Below are positions 38,771-50,792 of a DNA stretch of 60,000 nucleotides, piece after piece. The notes below the pieces were generated by a model. The model did no database searches and was not told the DNA's origin. It was given only the letters and a program-made list of their open reading frames with translations. Source of the stretch: Laetmonice hystrix. Lineage: Eukaryota. The stretch covers positions 40,426,001 to 40,486,000 of the forward strand of contig OZ249436.1 in the NCBI GenBank assembly GCA_965235115.1. The letters run 5' to 3'. Position 1 is the first letter of the stretch. Each line of letters starts with the position of its first letter. A program made the translations under genes and the position numbers.

Positions 38771-39869
38771 AGGCCTACAAGCAGTATTTTCGCCAATTTG
38801 TAAAATCTATATGAAATAAGTGCCATAATTCATAATAAGTAATGATTCATAATAAGTTATCTAGTTTTGAATAATAGTATAATTTCCTGTTTAAAAAATT
38901 TACCGCATATTCTATTCTCGCCGCCCTACCGTAACCCTGGCAACCGCATGCACATACACCCCTGCCTGTGTAGTAGTTGTGGCCCAAGGCACCGGACGAA
39001 ACGGTGGCTGCTGTTTCTATTATGTTTCTGTATAAGATTCCGCCCGATGTGGCTACCTGACCTTTCCTTTGGAATGACAATGTCAGAGAGCATTACGACT
39101 CGGGGCAGATATTACAAGCCTGTCTCACTCTGGTCGGGTTTCGAACGCGTATAGCTTTATTCCCCGCTTTTTACATATTTTTCTTTTCTTCGAGAATAAT
39201 AATTCAGAGTAGAAATCGAGAACGCCGTTTGGTGTCTATACGTCAGCAGGCTGTGTAGGCGTGATTGATGGACACAATGACGTCGGTTATGACGGGCGTG
39301 ACGTCATAAACGTCAGTTCTCAAGAACGACCCGTACAAGGCCCACATGGGAGGAATACCGATGTGTCGGACGACCGCTATACCACCCACTTGAACTTTGA
39401 AGCATTAGAGCTTTTTAAGTAGGTTCCTGCAGCCATGCACTACGCGGATAAACCGAGCCTACCTAAAAAGTATTTCGGTAATCGGGGAAACGAATACTTT
39501 CTCTAACACCTATGAATGGCAGATTGCCTACATGGCCACAGACTTTACTGTACTGGCACAGCGTTACTCTCTGCCGACCTATAATTGCATTTCTTCTATT
39601 TCCAAACACCCACTATTCGTTCCGCGCTGGGACGGTTGCCAGGAAAGTCGGCATTATCTATTAATGTTTCCCGGGCCGAGTGAGTTAGGTTATCCGGAGT
39701 TAGCTCTGGGTAGTTAAAGTTGACATGACAGCTGAGGAAGAGGGGCGATGGCTTCTGTCCATTATTGTTTCGGGTCTAATTTGCCGTCCTTGGATAATAG
39801 GGGTATTGACATAACTGGGTTGACCATCTCTGGTTAGACCCTTTCATAGGGAGAAAAACTTCAATATAG

Positions 39870-39888
39870 CTCTCTCTCGCTCTCTGTC

Positions 39889-39951
<63 letters not shown>

Positions 39952-40070
39952 GTGTGGGTGTGTTTCTTTCTGTCTCTCTCCGTCTCTCTCGCTCTGTCTG
40001 TCTCTAGTGTCTCTGTGCGTGTCTCTTTCTCTGTCTCTCCGTCTCTGTCGCTCTCTCTCTGTCTGTCTCT
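39870..40070. repeat. (CT)n/(CTGT)n compound microsatellite
   Basis: Directly visible pyrimidine-rich simple repeats. Confidence 0.93.
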
Positions 40071-40071
40071 T

Positions 40072-40508
40072 GCCCCTGATCCACCGGTGGCGATTGGGCT
40101 TCGTGATGGGTTGGCGACATGTTCGTGACATCTTCGCGACAGCCCGAGCATCTAAAAATTGCTCGGCAATCGCGAAACACAATTTCGGTGGATCAGCTTT
40201 GGAGACGGATTGGTGACAGCTTCGCGACACACCTGGCTTTGTGACAGCTTCGCGACAGGTGTCGCCAATATCAAACAAGTTTGATATTCGCGACTGGCAA
40301 CGGACGCAGTTCGCGAGGGTGTTGTTGTCGCAACCGGTGGATCAGGTATGTGATTTTCGTGACACCTTGGCGCGTGCTTCGAGACAGCTTGGCGACTTAC
40401 TGAATCATGTCGCCAAGCTGTCTCAACAAAATGACAACTACAGCTTCGCGATCGAGCATCTCAATCGCGAAGCTGTTACGAACGTGTCGCCACCGGTGGA
40501 TCAGGGCC
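40072..40508. mobile_element. Harbinger-like MITE
   Basis: 20-bp perfect TIR CCCTGATCCACCGGTGGCGA / TCGCCACCGGTGGATCAGGG. The interior is rich in TCGCGA/GCGAC motifs and has partial internal TIR copies (GGTGGATCAG). Confidence 0.75.
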
Positions 40509-41044
40509 ATCTCACTCATTCACGATAAAATCGCAAAAAGAGTTGACTCACTACAGCTGCTATCTTCATTTCGGTGTTAACGCTGCGATTTGTACTATTC
40601 TTTCTCCACCAACTGTGCTACTACCTCCTTATCTCTCCTCCACAGCCGTCAACTTATCCGAATATCTGCCCTTCTTGCTGTACATACCGCTGCCTGTATA
40701 TAGGCAATGTTCGAATCACACATCAAACATTATTCCCCCATTCTCTATAAATGTTACGTCCCAAATTTTATTTTGAAACACTCTGGCTATACTCTATCAT
40801 CTGCATGGCCAGTGGAGCGAACTATAGATGGCTTCCCGGACTAATCGTCTGCATGAATGTAGGTGACTTGGGAGACCATAAACTTGTCCCGCTGGACTGA
40901 CTGGCACCGGAAGCGTTCATGTGTATGGAGAGTGTCGCCGTCTGGACGCGCCGAGCCCAGCCCTGGTGTCTGGGCGCTGTGGATCCACGTTCGGTAGTCA
41001 CTCTCCATACAAGCAGCAGCCGCTCTCCGTGCATGGACGCACTC

Positions 41045-41480
41045 ACAAGTACCCGAACGGGTGCAAAGCACCTTGGTGGCAGATGTACTAACGGTGTCTG
41101 GGATTACTCGGTAAATGTGCCATACTGTATACGAGTGTGATTGTTCTGCTGAATACGGTAGGCAAAAGAAAGGGTTGTACCATGCTTGAATATTTTTATC
41201 AGGGTGGCAGGGGGACGTTGCCCTCCCCACCCTTGAATTTTGACAACCCCAAAATGTCCAGAATTTTGGATCTAAATCTCTATACCTCTGAGCCACGTGC
41301 CCTAAAGAAAGGTCCACAATTTTGGATGTTTTGTGGAATATCATGGACCTCTGAGCCATGCGCCATAGAGAAAGGTCCACAACTTTGGATCTTTTGTCAA
41401 ATATCTGGACCTCTGACCCATTGGCTTACAAAATAGGTCCACAATTTTTGATGTTTTGTGAAATATATGTAGGTCTAAAC
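41045..41480. repeat. Duplicated block X (uninterrupted copy)
   Basis: Matches 35327-35696 joined to 37897-37959 once the 10-bp-TSD element is removed. Confidence 0.92.
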
Positions 41481-42577
41481 CACGCCCCTTAGAAAAAGGT
41501 TCAAAATTTGTTTTAGAAAAGGCCCAAAATCTCAAATGCCCCTCTTGGAGATTTGATAAAAATATCCCTGCCATGGACCGTATTATCCATGAATACATGA
41601 TCGTTTCGGGTCCTTCAGGGAAGAGGAGGGTTTAAATCATTAAATCGTCGCGGGTGGTTGGAGGGGGTGGCTATAAAGTAGTGATTGTATGAACAATAGG
41701 CAGAGCATTAAATCAAGTACGGGACCGTCGCAGAAGGTTGTGAGATGGCGAATATTTATAATACATCTCACGGGTAGGCACTCAAGGTATTATAACAGGT
41801 CTCGTTATTATAGACATAAAGTCAACCCCTGAATGCGCTAAGTAGGACATTAATAAACCTTGTTCAGTCGATGAAAAACGTCTGTGATCGTGAACCATAT
41901 CCTCCGACTTGATGCATCGTTATCCTTAATGCGCTACTGTTAAACGAAGTGCCTTTAGGCGAAAACGGAGGGTTGGTCGATAGTGGTGCGACGATATACT
42001 GAAAGGAAAGCTCCATCCAGGTTTTCAAGGCCCGCAGCTATACCAGGTAGAGAAATATCAAGGGGCCATTCCCCCATGCTGGCCTTGTATGTGAAGAGGT
42101 TATAGATGCGTCAAGTCTGCTCTGCCGACGAACTTGGTCGCATATAGACAGGATGTAGGCCTACAAGTGTACATGTTATACATCTATGATATACATGATG
42201 TACAAAGAAACATATCGAATGCACCGCCCCCGCCCCCAGCTAACCCCATGTGTGCGCACAGATGTATGGGGCGTTATTGATTATGGTATATGTCAGTCAG
42301 TCGCACAGACATAGAGCCGACATCACAGTTCCCCGTGTTCTACGTTTGATCTCTCTCTAAAATACTCCAGGCACATCTAGAGAAGATACGGGAGAATGGC
42401 ACTTATCTCGGCGTCATACCTGGACGAAATCTTCTAGGTCCAATATTCCACTGTCAGGAGTAGGTAGTTTCAATGGAACAGCATGGTCAGCATGGTCTGT
42501 GGAACACAGGGCATTTCTCCGTAGTGCTGGCTGTTCCATTAAAATTACATACTTCTGATAGTGGTCAATAGAACTTT

Positions 42578-44029
42578 CAGGGATGAAAGTGGCCAGCTGT
42601 AAAATTTCCTGAAATCCTGACCGGGGGGCAGCGGCGGGGGCCAATGTCCATAATTAATATTTGTTAATGCGCACATCCAAGGGGCTTACCCCCCCCCCCT
42701 TAAAAAAAGTCAGGCTAGGAACAGCAGACAATCATGATCCGATAAGGCCTCCTAGCTATAAATAGTCTATATTATAGGGCCTAGCCCTCAGTATTTAGTC
42801 GCCACCCCCCCCCCCAACCCCTCAACCCCCACCCCTGCAAATTTGCTGGATAGACTCCATCACTCATCAGTCCATGCCCCTGTTCAAGGCTGTTGCTTGC
42901 CTGTCACTCAGTGCCTGGCTCTGCCGTCTCTCTCCAACATTGGGATCCAGTCGGCTTTTAGCGTCCAAAATGCACCCGATTACGTTGTCAAACAGCTTCC
43001 ATGTGTTAGACTGACCACACAGGCTGTCCATCAGTCTTGACCCTCAGCAGTCACGACCCTCAGCGGCTCTCAGCCAAGCAACACAGTGGCTGAGTCGAGT
43101 GGTTCAGCCCGTGTGTCCATGTGCCACTCATGTTGTTGTGATTATTGTCACTTCCGGTCTTATCAGGACACCTGCACTGATCAACAAATGTAATAAAAAG
43201 TCCTGACAACCCCAAAACTTCAGTGAAAACCACTTATGTAATGCCATTATCCTCAAATTTATATGCAAGAAAACATTATAAGAACTTACTGACATATATA
43301 CTAGGCAGATTCATAGAACTAAATTGACCCAGTTTCCTGTGAGGAGTGACATTGTGATGGTGCGTAGTTCGTCAGCCTAATCACTATCGCCGGGACTAGA
43401 CAGACCGGTCTGTCTATAGTCTCGTTGCTATCACTAAGTGAGCGCTCAGGCAAAACTCGCGCATGGATATGGCATAATGGCAAGCCTGAATCAACGGGCT
43501 TCGCAGCTGCCTGACCATCAGTTTTGCCTGAAGTCATTACCTGAGGTGAGTCGCTCTCACCACAGCGACACGGGGTCGTGCCTGCCAGACGGGACAGACG
43601 CCACCGCGTGCCGGTAGAAGTCAGCCCACGCGGGCCGGTCTATGTAAGCGATGTGACCACAGCTACAGGGACCGCGGGCGGTACACCAGCACCCCCGGCA
43701 GACCGGCCTATGCACGGCGGCACCCGTGACACTGGACGGGTTTGTTTGAGACACTAATACCCCCATCTATAAACGAACTTTGGCAGGTAGAGATATATTG
43801 AGCTGCATGGTGTTAAAAAACGTCCTGGAAGGGGATATTGTTTCATTTGATATTAACAAATAAAATTGCCCACCACACAGTCCAGGGCAATACTTAGCCT
43901 TGGCTTAGGCCTACCTCTTTTGCCTATAGATCTAGGCTTATTTCCTTTTTTGGGTGTTATTTCTTGGGGGGGGGGGGATTTTTTCAAATTTCCTGATTTC
44001 AGGAAATTTCCTGAAAACTTTCATCCCTG
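42578..44029. mobile_element. Non-autonomous hAT-like DNA transposon with 6-bp TSD
   Basis: TIR CAGGGATGAAAGT / ACTTTCATCCCTG, subterminal AAATTTCCTGAAA motifs at both ends, and direct flank AACTTT at 42572-42577 and 44030-44035. No transposase recognised inside. Confidence 0.75.
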
Positions 44030-45025
44030 AACTTTGAATAGAATAGATTGAATAGAATAGAATGTATTATTTATCATCAATTGTTGCCTTAGCCTTAAAC
44101 TGACCACCCTATCACCCACACCCCGGTCCCTTACTTTGTATTTTGAAGACGATATCTAATAGACATCCTCGGATTTGTAAATGCTGCATGCTTTGAAATG
44201 TAAATCCAATAACTAAATCCCCCACCAAATTTTCCAATTTCATATCACGCAGTATCGGTCTGCGGCTTTTGGGACTGGTGTTTCGTCACAAAGTAAATAT
44301 TTTATCAACTTCCACTGGTTCGTAACCGCAGTGGGAGAACACGCCCAACCTTCATTTTACACCAGTTCCATTTAATCCATTACCGAATGTGAATATGTTG
44401 ACGCACTCCCGGCACTTTTTGTACGACGGTAACTTCAAACTGATTGCGTTGTCGATCCTTTCGCCAATTTAAGAGTTTCCTTCAGTGTATAGAATAATCG
44501 AATCTCTTAGATAGGAGAAAATGTACCGGTATCCTAAATGAATTATTGTTATTATTCTCACTAACCAGGAACATTTTATATTTGGCATCGTGTAGTCAAT
44601 TAAAGGAACGCTCAGTATTAATCACCTCAGGCCTCACAGCCATTGTATTTTTACAGAGGTTCAAGGCCGCCAAGACTTGTATAAAAAACAGTTCCTGAAT
44701 AATTCAAATTAGATTTTCCCAGTGAAGCCTGAATAGTTTCTGACAGCTAATACCGACATGAAGTGGCGAAAGGCCAATATCATTTCCCCGAGTTACCGAT
44801 GCGTGTCTATAAAAACATAACAGCTCTATTTTTTTCTGCCTTCCTTTGACCTGCGTTCTTCCATCTTCAGTGCCATGTCATCGAACGACTTCCACCTGTG
44901 CCGCTATAACGGGCTCGCTGACGTGTGATATCAAAGGAAAGATTTCCCTGGAATTCAGCCTCGTTGATAAGATATGGTGCATCCGACAACCATGCACAAC
45001 GCGCCCAAAGGCAGCGGTTATTATG

Positions 45026-45810
45026 TTCCCAAGTGAGGGCTAGTGTTGGTATGAATTACATGGTATGATACAGGTTCAGCGTTATACCAATTTGACCCGC
45101 AAACTCTAATGCTCGGTTCCCTAGTGAGGCCTAGTGTTGGTATGAGTTACATGGTATGATACAGGTTGAGCGTTATACCAATTGGACCCGCAAACTCTAA
45201 TGCTCGGTTCCCAAGTGAGGCCGAGTGTTGGTATGAGTTACATGGTATGATACACAACAGGTTCAGCGTTATACCAATTTGACCCGCAAACTCTAATGCT
45301 CGGTTCCCAAGTGAGGCCGAGTGTTGGTATGAGTTACATGGTATGATACAGGTTCAGCGTTATACCAATTTGAACCACAAACTCTAATGCTCGGTTCCCA
45401 AGTGAGGCCGAGTGTTGGTATGAGCATCTACTCTACGTCTATGGTATGAGTTACATGGTATGATACAGGTTCAGCGTTATACCAATTTGACCCGCAAACT
45501 CTAATGCTCGGTTCCCTAGTGAGGCCTAGTGTTGGTATGAGTTACATGGTATGATACAGGTTGAGCGTTATACCAATTTGACCCGCAAACTCTAATGCTC
45601 GGTTCCCAAGTGAGGCCGAGTGTTGGTATGAGTTACATGGTATGATACAGGTTCAGCGTTATACCAATTTGAACCACAAACTCTAATGCTCGGTTCCCAA
45701 GTGAGGCCGAGTGTTGGTATGAGCATCTACTCTACGTCTATGGTATGAGTTACATGGTATGATACAGGTTCAGCGTTATACCAATTTGACCCACAAACTT
45801 TAATGATCGG
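45026..45810. repeat. 91-bp tandem repeat, about 8 copies
   Basis: Unit TTCCCAAGTGAGGCCGAGTGTTGGTATGAGTTACATGGTATGATACAGGTTCAGCGTTATACCAATTTGACCCGCAAACTCTAATGCTCGG. Confidence 0.95.
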
Positions 45811-45837
45811 ATCGGGCAATGGTGGGTGTACTGCAGT

Positions 45838-46617
45838 AGGCTGAGTTCACATAGGAGTATACGGCACGGGTATACGGTGCACGTTTTGCAGGGCACGCGA
45901 ATAGCTAAAATCGTACAATAGGATCTTATAATACCGGGTCACATCAGAGGGCACTATTCGAAAAGGCGTATAGTATAGTATAGTGGGAATCGTGCGTGTT
46001 CGATTTTAGTGCAGCGTATACCTTGGGGTGCCTGTGTTTAAAAGTTCAGCATTTACACAGTTCTTGATATTTTTTAACTAAATTTTCAGATCTAAGGGCC
46101 GATATATAGGGGTATTGACTCTGAAAATTTCAAAGAAATCAGTTCAAGGGGAGGGGCAGGGGGGCACCTTTCAATTCACATAGGAGTATACGGTATACGG
46201 TATACGGTATTCGCTATTCGGTATTCGCTATACGCTATACGGGCACGACCGCCCGCCAGTGTCTTAATTCCCGACATGAATTGAAAGGTGCCCCCCTGCC
46301 CCTCCCCTTGAACTGATTTCTTTGAAATTTTCAGAGTCAATACCCCTATATATCGGCCCTAAGATCTTAAAATTTAGTTAAAAAATATTAAGAACTGTGT
46401 AAATGCTGAACTTTTAAACACAGGCACCCCAAGGTATACGCTGCACTAAAATCGAACACGCACGATTCCCACTATACTATACTATACGCCTTTTCGAATA
46501 GTGCCCTCTGATGTGACCCGGTATTATAAGATCCTATTGTACGATTTAAGCTATTCGCGTGCCATGCAAAACGTGCACCGTATACCCGTGCCGTATACTC
46601 CTATGTGAACTCAGCCT
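45838..46617. mobile_element. Foldback/Harbinger-like MITE with 341-bp inverted arms
   Basis: Arms 45838-46178 and 46277-46617 are near-perfect reverse complements. Termini (A)GGCTGAGTTCACA. 98-bp spacer with 7-bp TATACGG-type repeats. Confidence 0.85.
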
Positions 46618-47682
46618 TAGAGAGAGGACATTTGATAGATGAATCTCTTGACCAGGATAAACGGGATCGAGGGATATCCATGGAATGTCGGTGTTTTATA
46701 CGAGATCAAAATCTACCTGTTCTCTTGGTGAGGGTAATGAAGCCGCCATGTATAGACCAGGTTCGCTTGAGGTGCCGTCTCCATGGACGATTTGACCCAC
46801 AAAGGATGTTGAGTTCACACTCTCCAGGGACACCAATTTCACCCACAAAGACCTCAGAGAACCTCGAGAGGCGCCTGTCTGCAGTAAACAAAACTCTAAT
46901 GTTCGGTTCAATTCAGTCGCGACTTTCAACGCCGGTCACGTCCAACGCCAACTTCCAATGCCAACCACAGGAAAAAAAACCCAACTGTACGTGGTGTCCG
47001 TTCGATTCGACTAGCCCTCGATGTTTCAACGCCAATTCTGTTTCCTATGGGAAAAAGGACATGGTCGGTGCAGCTTACCGACCAAGGCGTGGATTTGGGC
47101 GTTGGCCTGACGTGTTAACATAGTGGCCAAGGGCGCTAATTTGGCATGGTCATAGCGACACTGCTTCTGTGATCTTACCGTATGAGTGGCAAAAAGTAGG
47201 CCATGGTCTTTTTACGGTGTACCTGTCAGTTAAGAGTCTATATTGGGTGACATATTATATGAGACATTGCCGTGAATTCTTCCTAATGTGTGCTGTTTTC
47301 AATTTTCTGTTCCTTTTCCCTTTCTCCTTACATTACCCTTCTCATTAGCCTCCCTATAGCCCGCGGATTACTCTGGTTATATTCCAGTCTCCATTTTAAC
47401 CCATCTTTTTAATTTTGCCTCGGTTTCCTTTCCCATCCACTTCTCCCCTCATGCTATTCTCCGCTCATACCATTCTCCCCTCATGCCATTCTCCTCTCAT
47501 ATCATTCTCCTCTCATACCATTCTCCCCTCATACCATTCCCTCATGCTTCACTATCATTCCTTGTCCCTCTCTCCACTAGCCATTCTCTCATAATTATTC
47601 TCCTTTCTCATTGCCGTCCGCATTGACGTCAAGGCCACTCAGGCCACCTAACACCGGTATCAGACCAGACCAACTGCCAGAC

Positions 47683-47830
47683 TACTGACTGCTTCGGCCA
47701 CTGACTGCCAGCTCACTGACTGCCTCTGCCACTGACTGCCAGCCCACTGACTGCCAGCTCACTGACTGCCAGCCCACTGACTGCCACTCCACTGACTTAC
47801 ACTACCAGCCCACTGCCCGCCTCTGCCGCT
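47683..47830. repeat. Degenerate ~15-bp repeat (CACTGACTGCCAGCC)
   Basis: Multiple CACTGACTGCC copies. It is preceded by a CCATTCTCCCCTCAT-type low-complexity tract at ~47440-47600. Confidence 0.8.
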
Positions 47831-49472
47831 GCCCGCCTCGGCCACTGCCCGCCTATATAAGAGGGTCTACCACACTGACTCGTCCCTCTACACGGAGGCG
47901 GGAGAAATCGATCGACATGTACCATATCGACTACCGCTCCTCCAAGTTCCGTGTTGGGCTCGTTTTGACCTTGTTTCATTGTTAATGTGCCCACCGTGTC
48001 GTATGTATCAACCTATACCTTATATTATTCAAACCTTGCAATCCAGAAAAAGGCTCGGAGCATAGGATTACTAATACTCTCTGATGTAAAAATGTTCCCT
48101 ATTGATCGATCAATGATTTTAAGTTAGCATATCAACTAGCATATCAGCGGTTATTATGTCATCCTGGTGCGCCTCAAAGTTTTTGTCTAATCTTTAGACG
48201 TATGTGACTAGAGTCGTGATGAAGATGATTTATGACTGACATAATATTAGGCCTGCTATAAAAAAACGTTATTTACCACCAGCAAGTCGTATGTAGGACC
48301 TGAGTCTATAGCAACTTCACTGAGACCACCTAATTACCGGCATCAGTAACTTAGTAAGCTGTAGGATTGGGACTACTCGTCCATGAAATCTTTATGAACG
48401 AGAGGGTGTCCATTTATCGACAGAACCTAACATCGTTAGAAAGCCCTTGTACAACATGGGACCGAAGCCACTTCGGATGTCGCGTGCCGTCAGTAAAACG
48501 TGTTCTTCTCCGACGTTGGATACGCATGAAAACCAACTCATGTGACAAAAAAACGTTTAAGTACTAAACTTTTAATTCAATGCACGTTAGTTCCTGCCAC
48601 AAGTTGTCGACCACCGACGCACCATTCCAGTGGAACAGGGTTTGAACTAACTTAAAACTAAACAACGTAGCGGCCCCCACAAGAGTAGGGCCTCGGGAAA
48701 CAATCTTTCCTGTCGGCTTGAGATCATGTGGACCTCTAGTTACTTTGTTTTCAATGTTGTGCTAATAATATTCCACATCTTGGTGTTATTTCTCTATCTG
48801 TTTCTACCCGTCTTAACATGTTTACAATCATGAAGCCAGTTTAACCTAGAGTAGGTAAAAATGACGAACCAGTAACATATATCCTCCTGTGGGGACAGAG
48901 GTAACAACGAACAAATTCAATGACCACGTGACACAACACGTGTTACTCGGCATGACGTATGAATAATAACGTTCACCTCACGCATGTGCGGTCGACTACA
49001 TCCGCTGTAACGACGGTGTATAAACGTATGGTTGGTTTACTGGTACAACTAAACAATGACAGGTTAACCATGAAATACAGTATAATCCTTAAAACTAGTT
49101 CACAAAACGAACGCAGGGTCAACCAACAGAAACAAACGAAAACGTAGAGCTAAATTTGACCTTTGTGATTCCACTTTTTCTCATTATGATAATGTCTATA
49201 CTGTGGCGGATTATATCTTCGGTGACTCCAGAACCCCTCATAACCTGTTGAATATTATCTGATAACGCGTTTAGGCCCTATAATCACAGTCGAATTGAAG
49301 TGTCTAGTTAACGTTTTCATTGTGCTTGCGTGTGGCATTACCATATCCTCCCACGCAGGGACACTAGTTAGGCAATTGGTTAAATCCATCCAATTTTCGT
49401 CACTGGGACCCAGTATTTCCTGTAGTGGTATATGTCAGCATGTAATGAGACCATTCCACCGAACGAACCCCG

Positions 49473-49478
49473 TTTATT
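49473..49478 (-). terminator. Candidate polyadenylation signal for FBXL16
   Basis: AATAAA on the minus strand about 415 nt after the stop codon. The true 3' end may lie further downstream. Confidence 0.25.
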
Positions 49479-49893
49479 ATTCAACCTTCTGTAGGAATCA
49501 ATGCTTACTGAATAAATTCGTATTTTATGCCTCAAATCGATAACTGTTGCGTGGGTGCGTTGGATGACAATGCCTCAATAATAGGCACTCGAGTCTATTG
49601 GGCAACCCCAGCACGCAATGTATAATCCACAGACCGAAATGCCCGCCCAGGCTGCGTGAAGCTGGTTCATAATGAATTGGCATCACCACGTATAGTAACC
49701 GGCACTACAATACACATGCCGGATACACATAGACTTCTTAACTTAAGTATGATCCAGGCCGGTCATATGGAGCGCTCCCGGATTGATTGGCGGGTGGCGA
49801 CCCACAGGGTAACCATGATGACGGCCGGGTTTTTTTTTCAAGCTATTCAACAGCGCACAAAGTTATCTCTCCGACACTGGATACACCGTTCAT

Positions 49894-50042
49894 TCACTCG
49901 ATGATAAGACATTTAGGCATGTTATCCTTGAGATAGCGGCCAACATCCTTTGTGGCCCCCGGACAGTTTGTCAACTCGAGTTCCTCCAAGCCACGGAGCT
50001 GCACCAAACCGGTTAGTCCACTTGACGTCAACAGACTGCATC
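49894..50042 (-). CDS. FBXL16: F-box/LRR-repeat protein 16, last coding exon
   Basis: Acceptor TTTTGCTTTCAG|. Reads (G)[48 protein letters not shown], matching the remembered FBXL16 C-terminus ([27 protein letters not shown]...P.CL.IE). Phase fits the upstream exon. Not in the ORF track because it has no start codon. Confidence 0.93.
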
Positions 50043-50149
50043 CTGAAAGCAAAAACCACAATCAATATTTATATAACATGGCATGTAGTTACCCGGAACA
50101 TGGGATGCTGCACCCAGAACCCAGTACAGGCGGTATAAGGAAGGAAGAT

Positions 50150-50512
50150 GCCCGTTTTTTTGGTTTACTTTTCTACCATGAGCAAGAGTGAGCGAGCTGA
50201 GCAAGGGTGAGCATGAGCTCATTCTCACCGTTTTCGTGGTTTTTAGCGTTGCTTTTTTTCATGAGGCGTGCTCATGGTGAGCAAGCTCGCTGGAAAAAAC
50301 AAAAACACGAAAACGGTGAGCATGACCTTCAGGGCCCAGTTTTTTTGTTTACTTTTCCACCGTGAGCAAGGGTGAGCTGAGCTCAGCAAGCTCGCGGACA
50401 AACACCAAAAAAACGAAAACAGTGAGCAAAACAGTGAGCATGAGATTTTGCTCACCCTTGCTCAGCTCAGCTCACCCTTGCTCACGGCGGAAAAGTAAAC
50501 AAAAAACCGGGC
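50150..50512. mobile_element. Harbinger-like MITE in the FBXL16 last intron
   Basis: ~60-bp imperfect TIR GCCCGTTTTTTGGTTTACTTTTC...TGAGCAAGGGTGAGCA / ...GAAAAGTAAACAAAAAACCGGGC. A third TIR copy lies internally at ~50333. Confidence 0.75.
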
Positions 50513-50521
50513 GCAGGTTTC

Positions 50522-50671
50522 CAGCACAGGCGGACCTAGGGTGGGGGTTCAGGGGGTTCGAACCCGTATTGGCAACCAATTTTTCTTTTTTCCTCCATAG
50601 AACTTTCTGAATTGACCATGTTGAACCCCCTTCTACCCTCCCCCTTCACAAAAACCATGGATCCGCTCCTG
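50522..50671. mobile_element. Short hAT-like MITE family member
   Basis: Ends GGATCCGCTCCTG. The interior is homologous to 17671-17832. Confidence 0.45.
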
Positions 50672-50792
50672 GTTCCATATTAAAAGGCCCAGAACCCCAT
50701 TATAATGTAGCGTAGTCCGAACTGACTGGATGACCTTCCGCACCTATTATATAATATTCATGGACATGTATACATGCGGAGGGCCTCCACAT

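Noticed and set aside
47852..47862. TATA-like CCTATATAAG after a GC-rich repeat
   Set aside because: No associated ORF, LTR pair or snRNA/tRNA sequence found.
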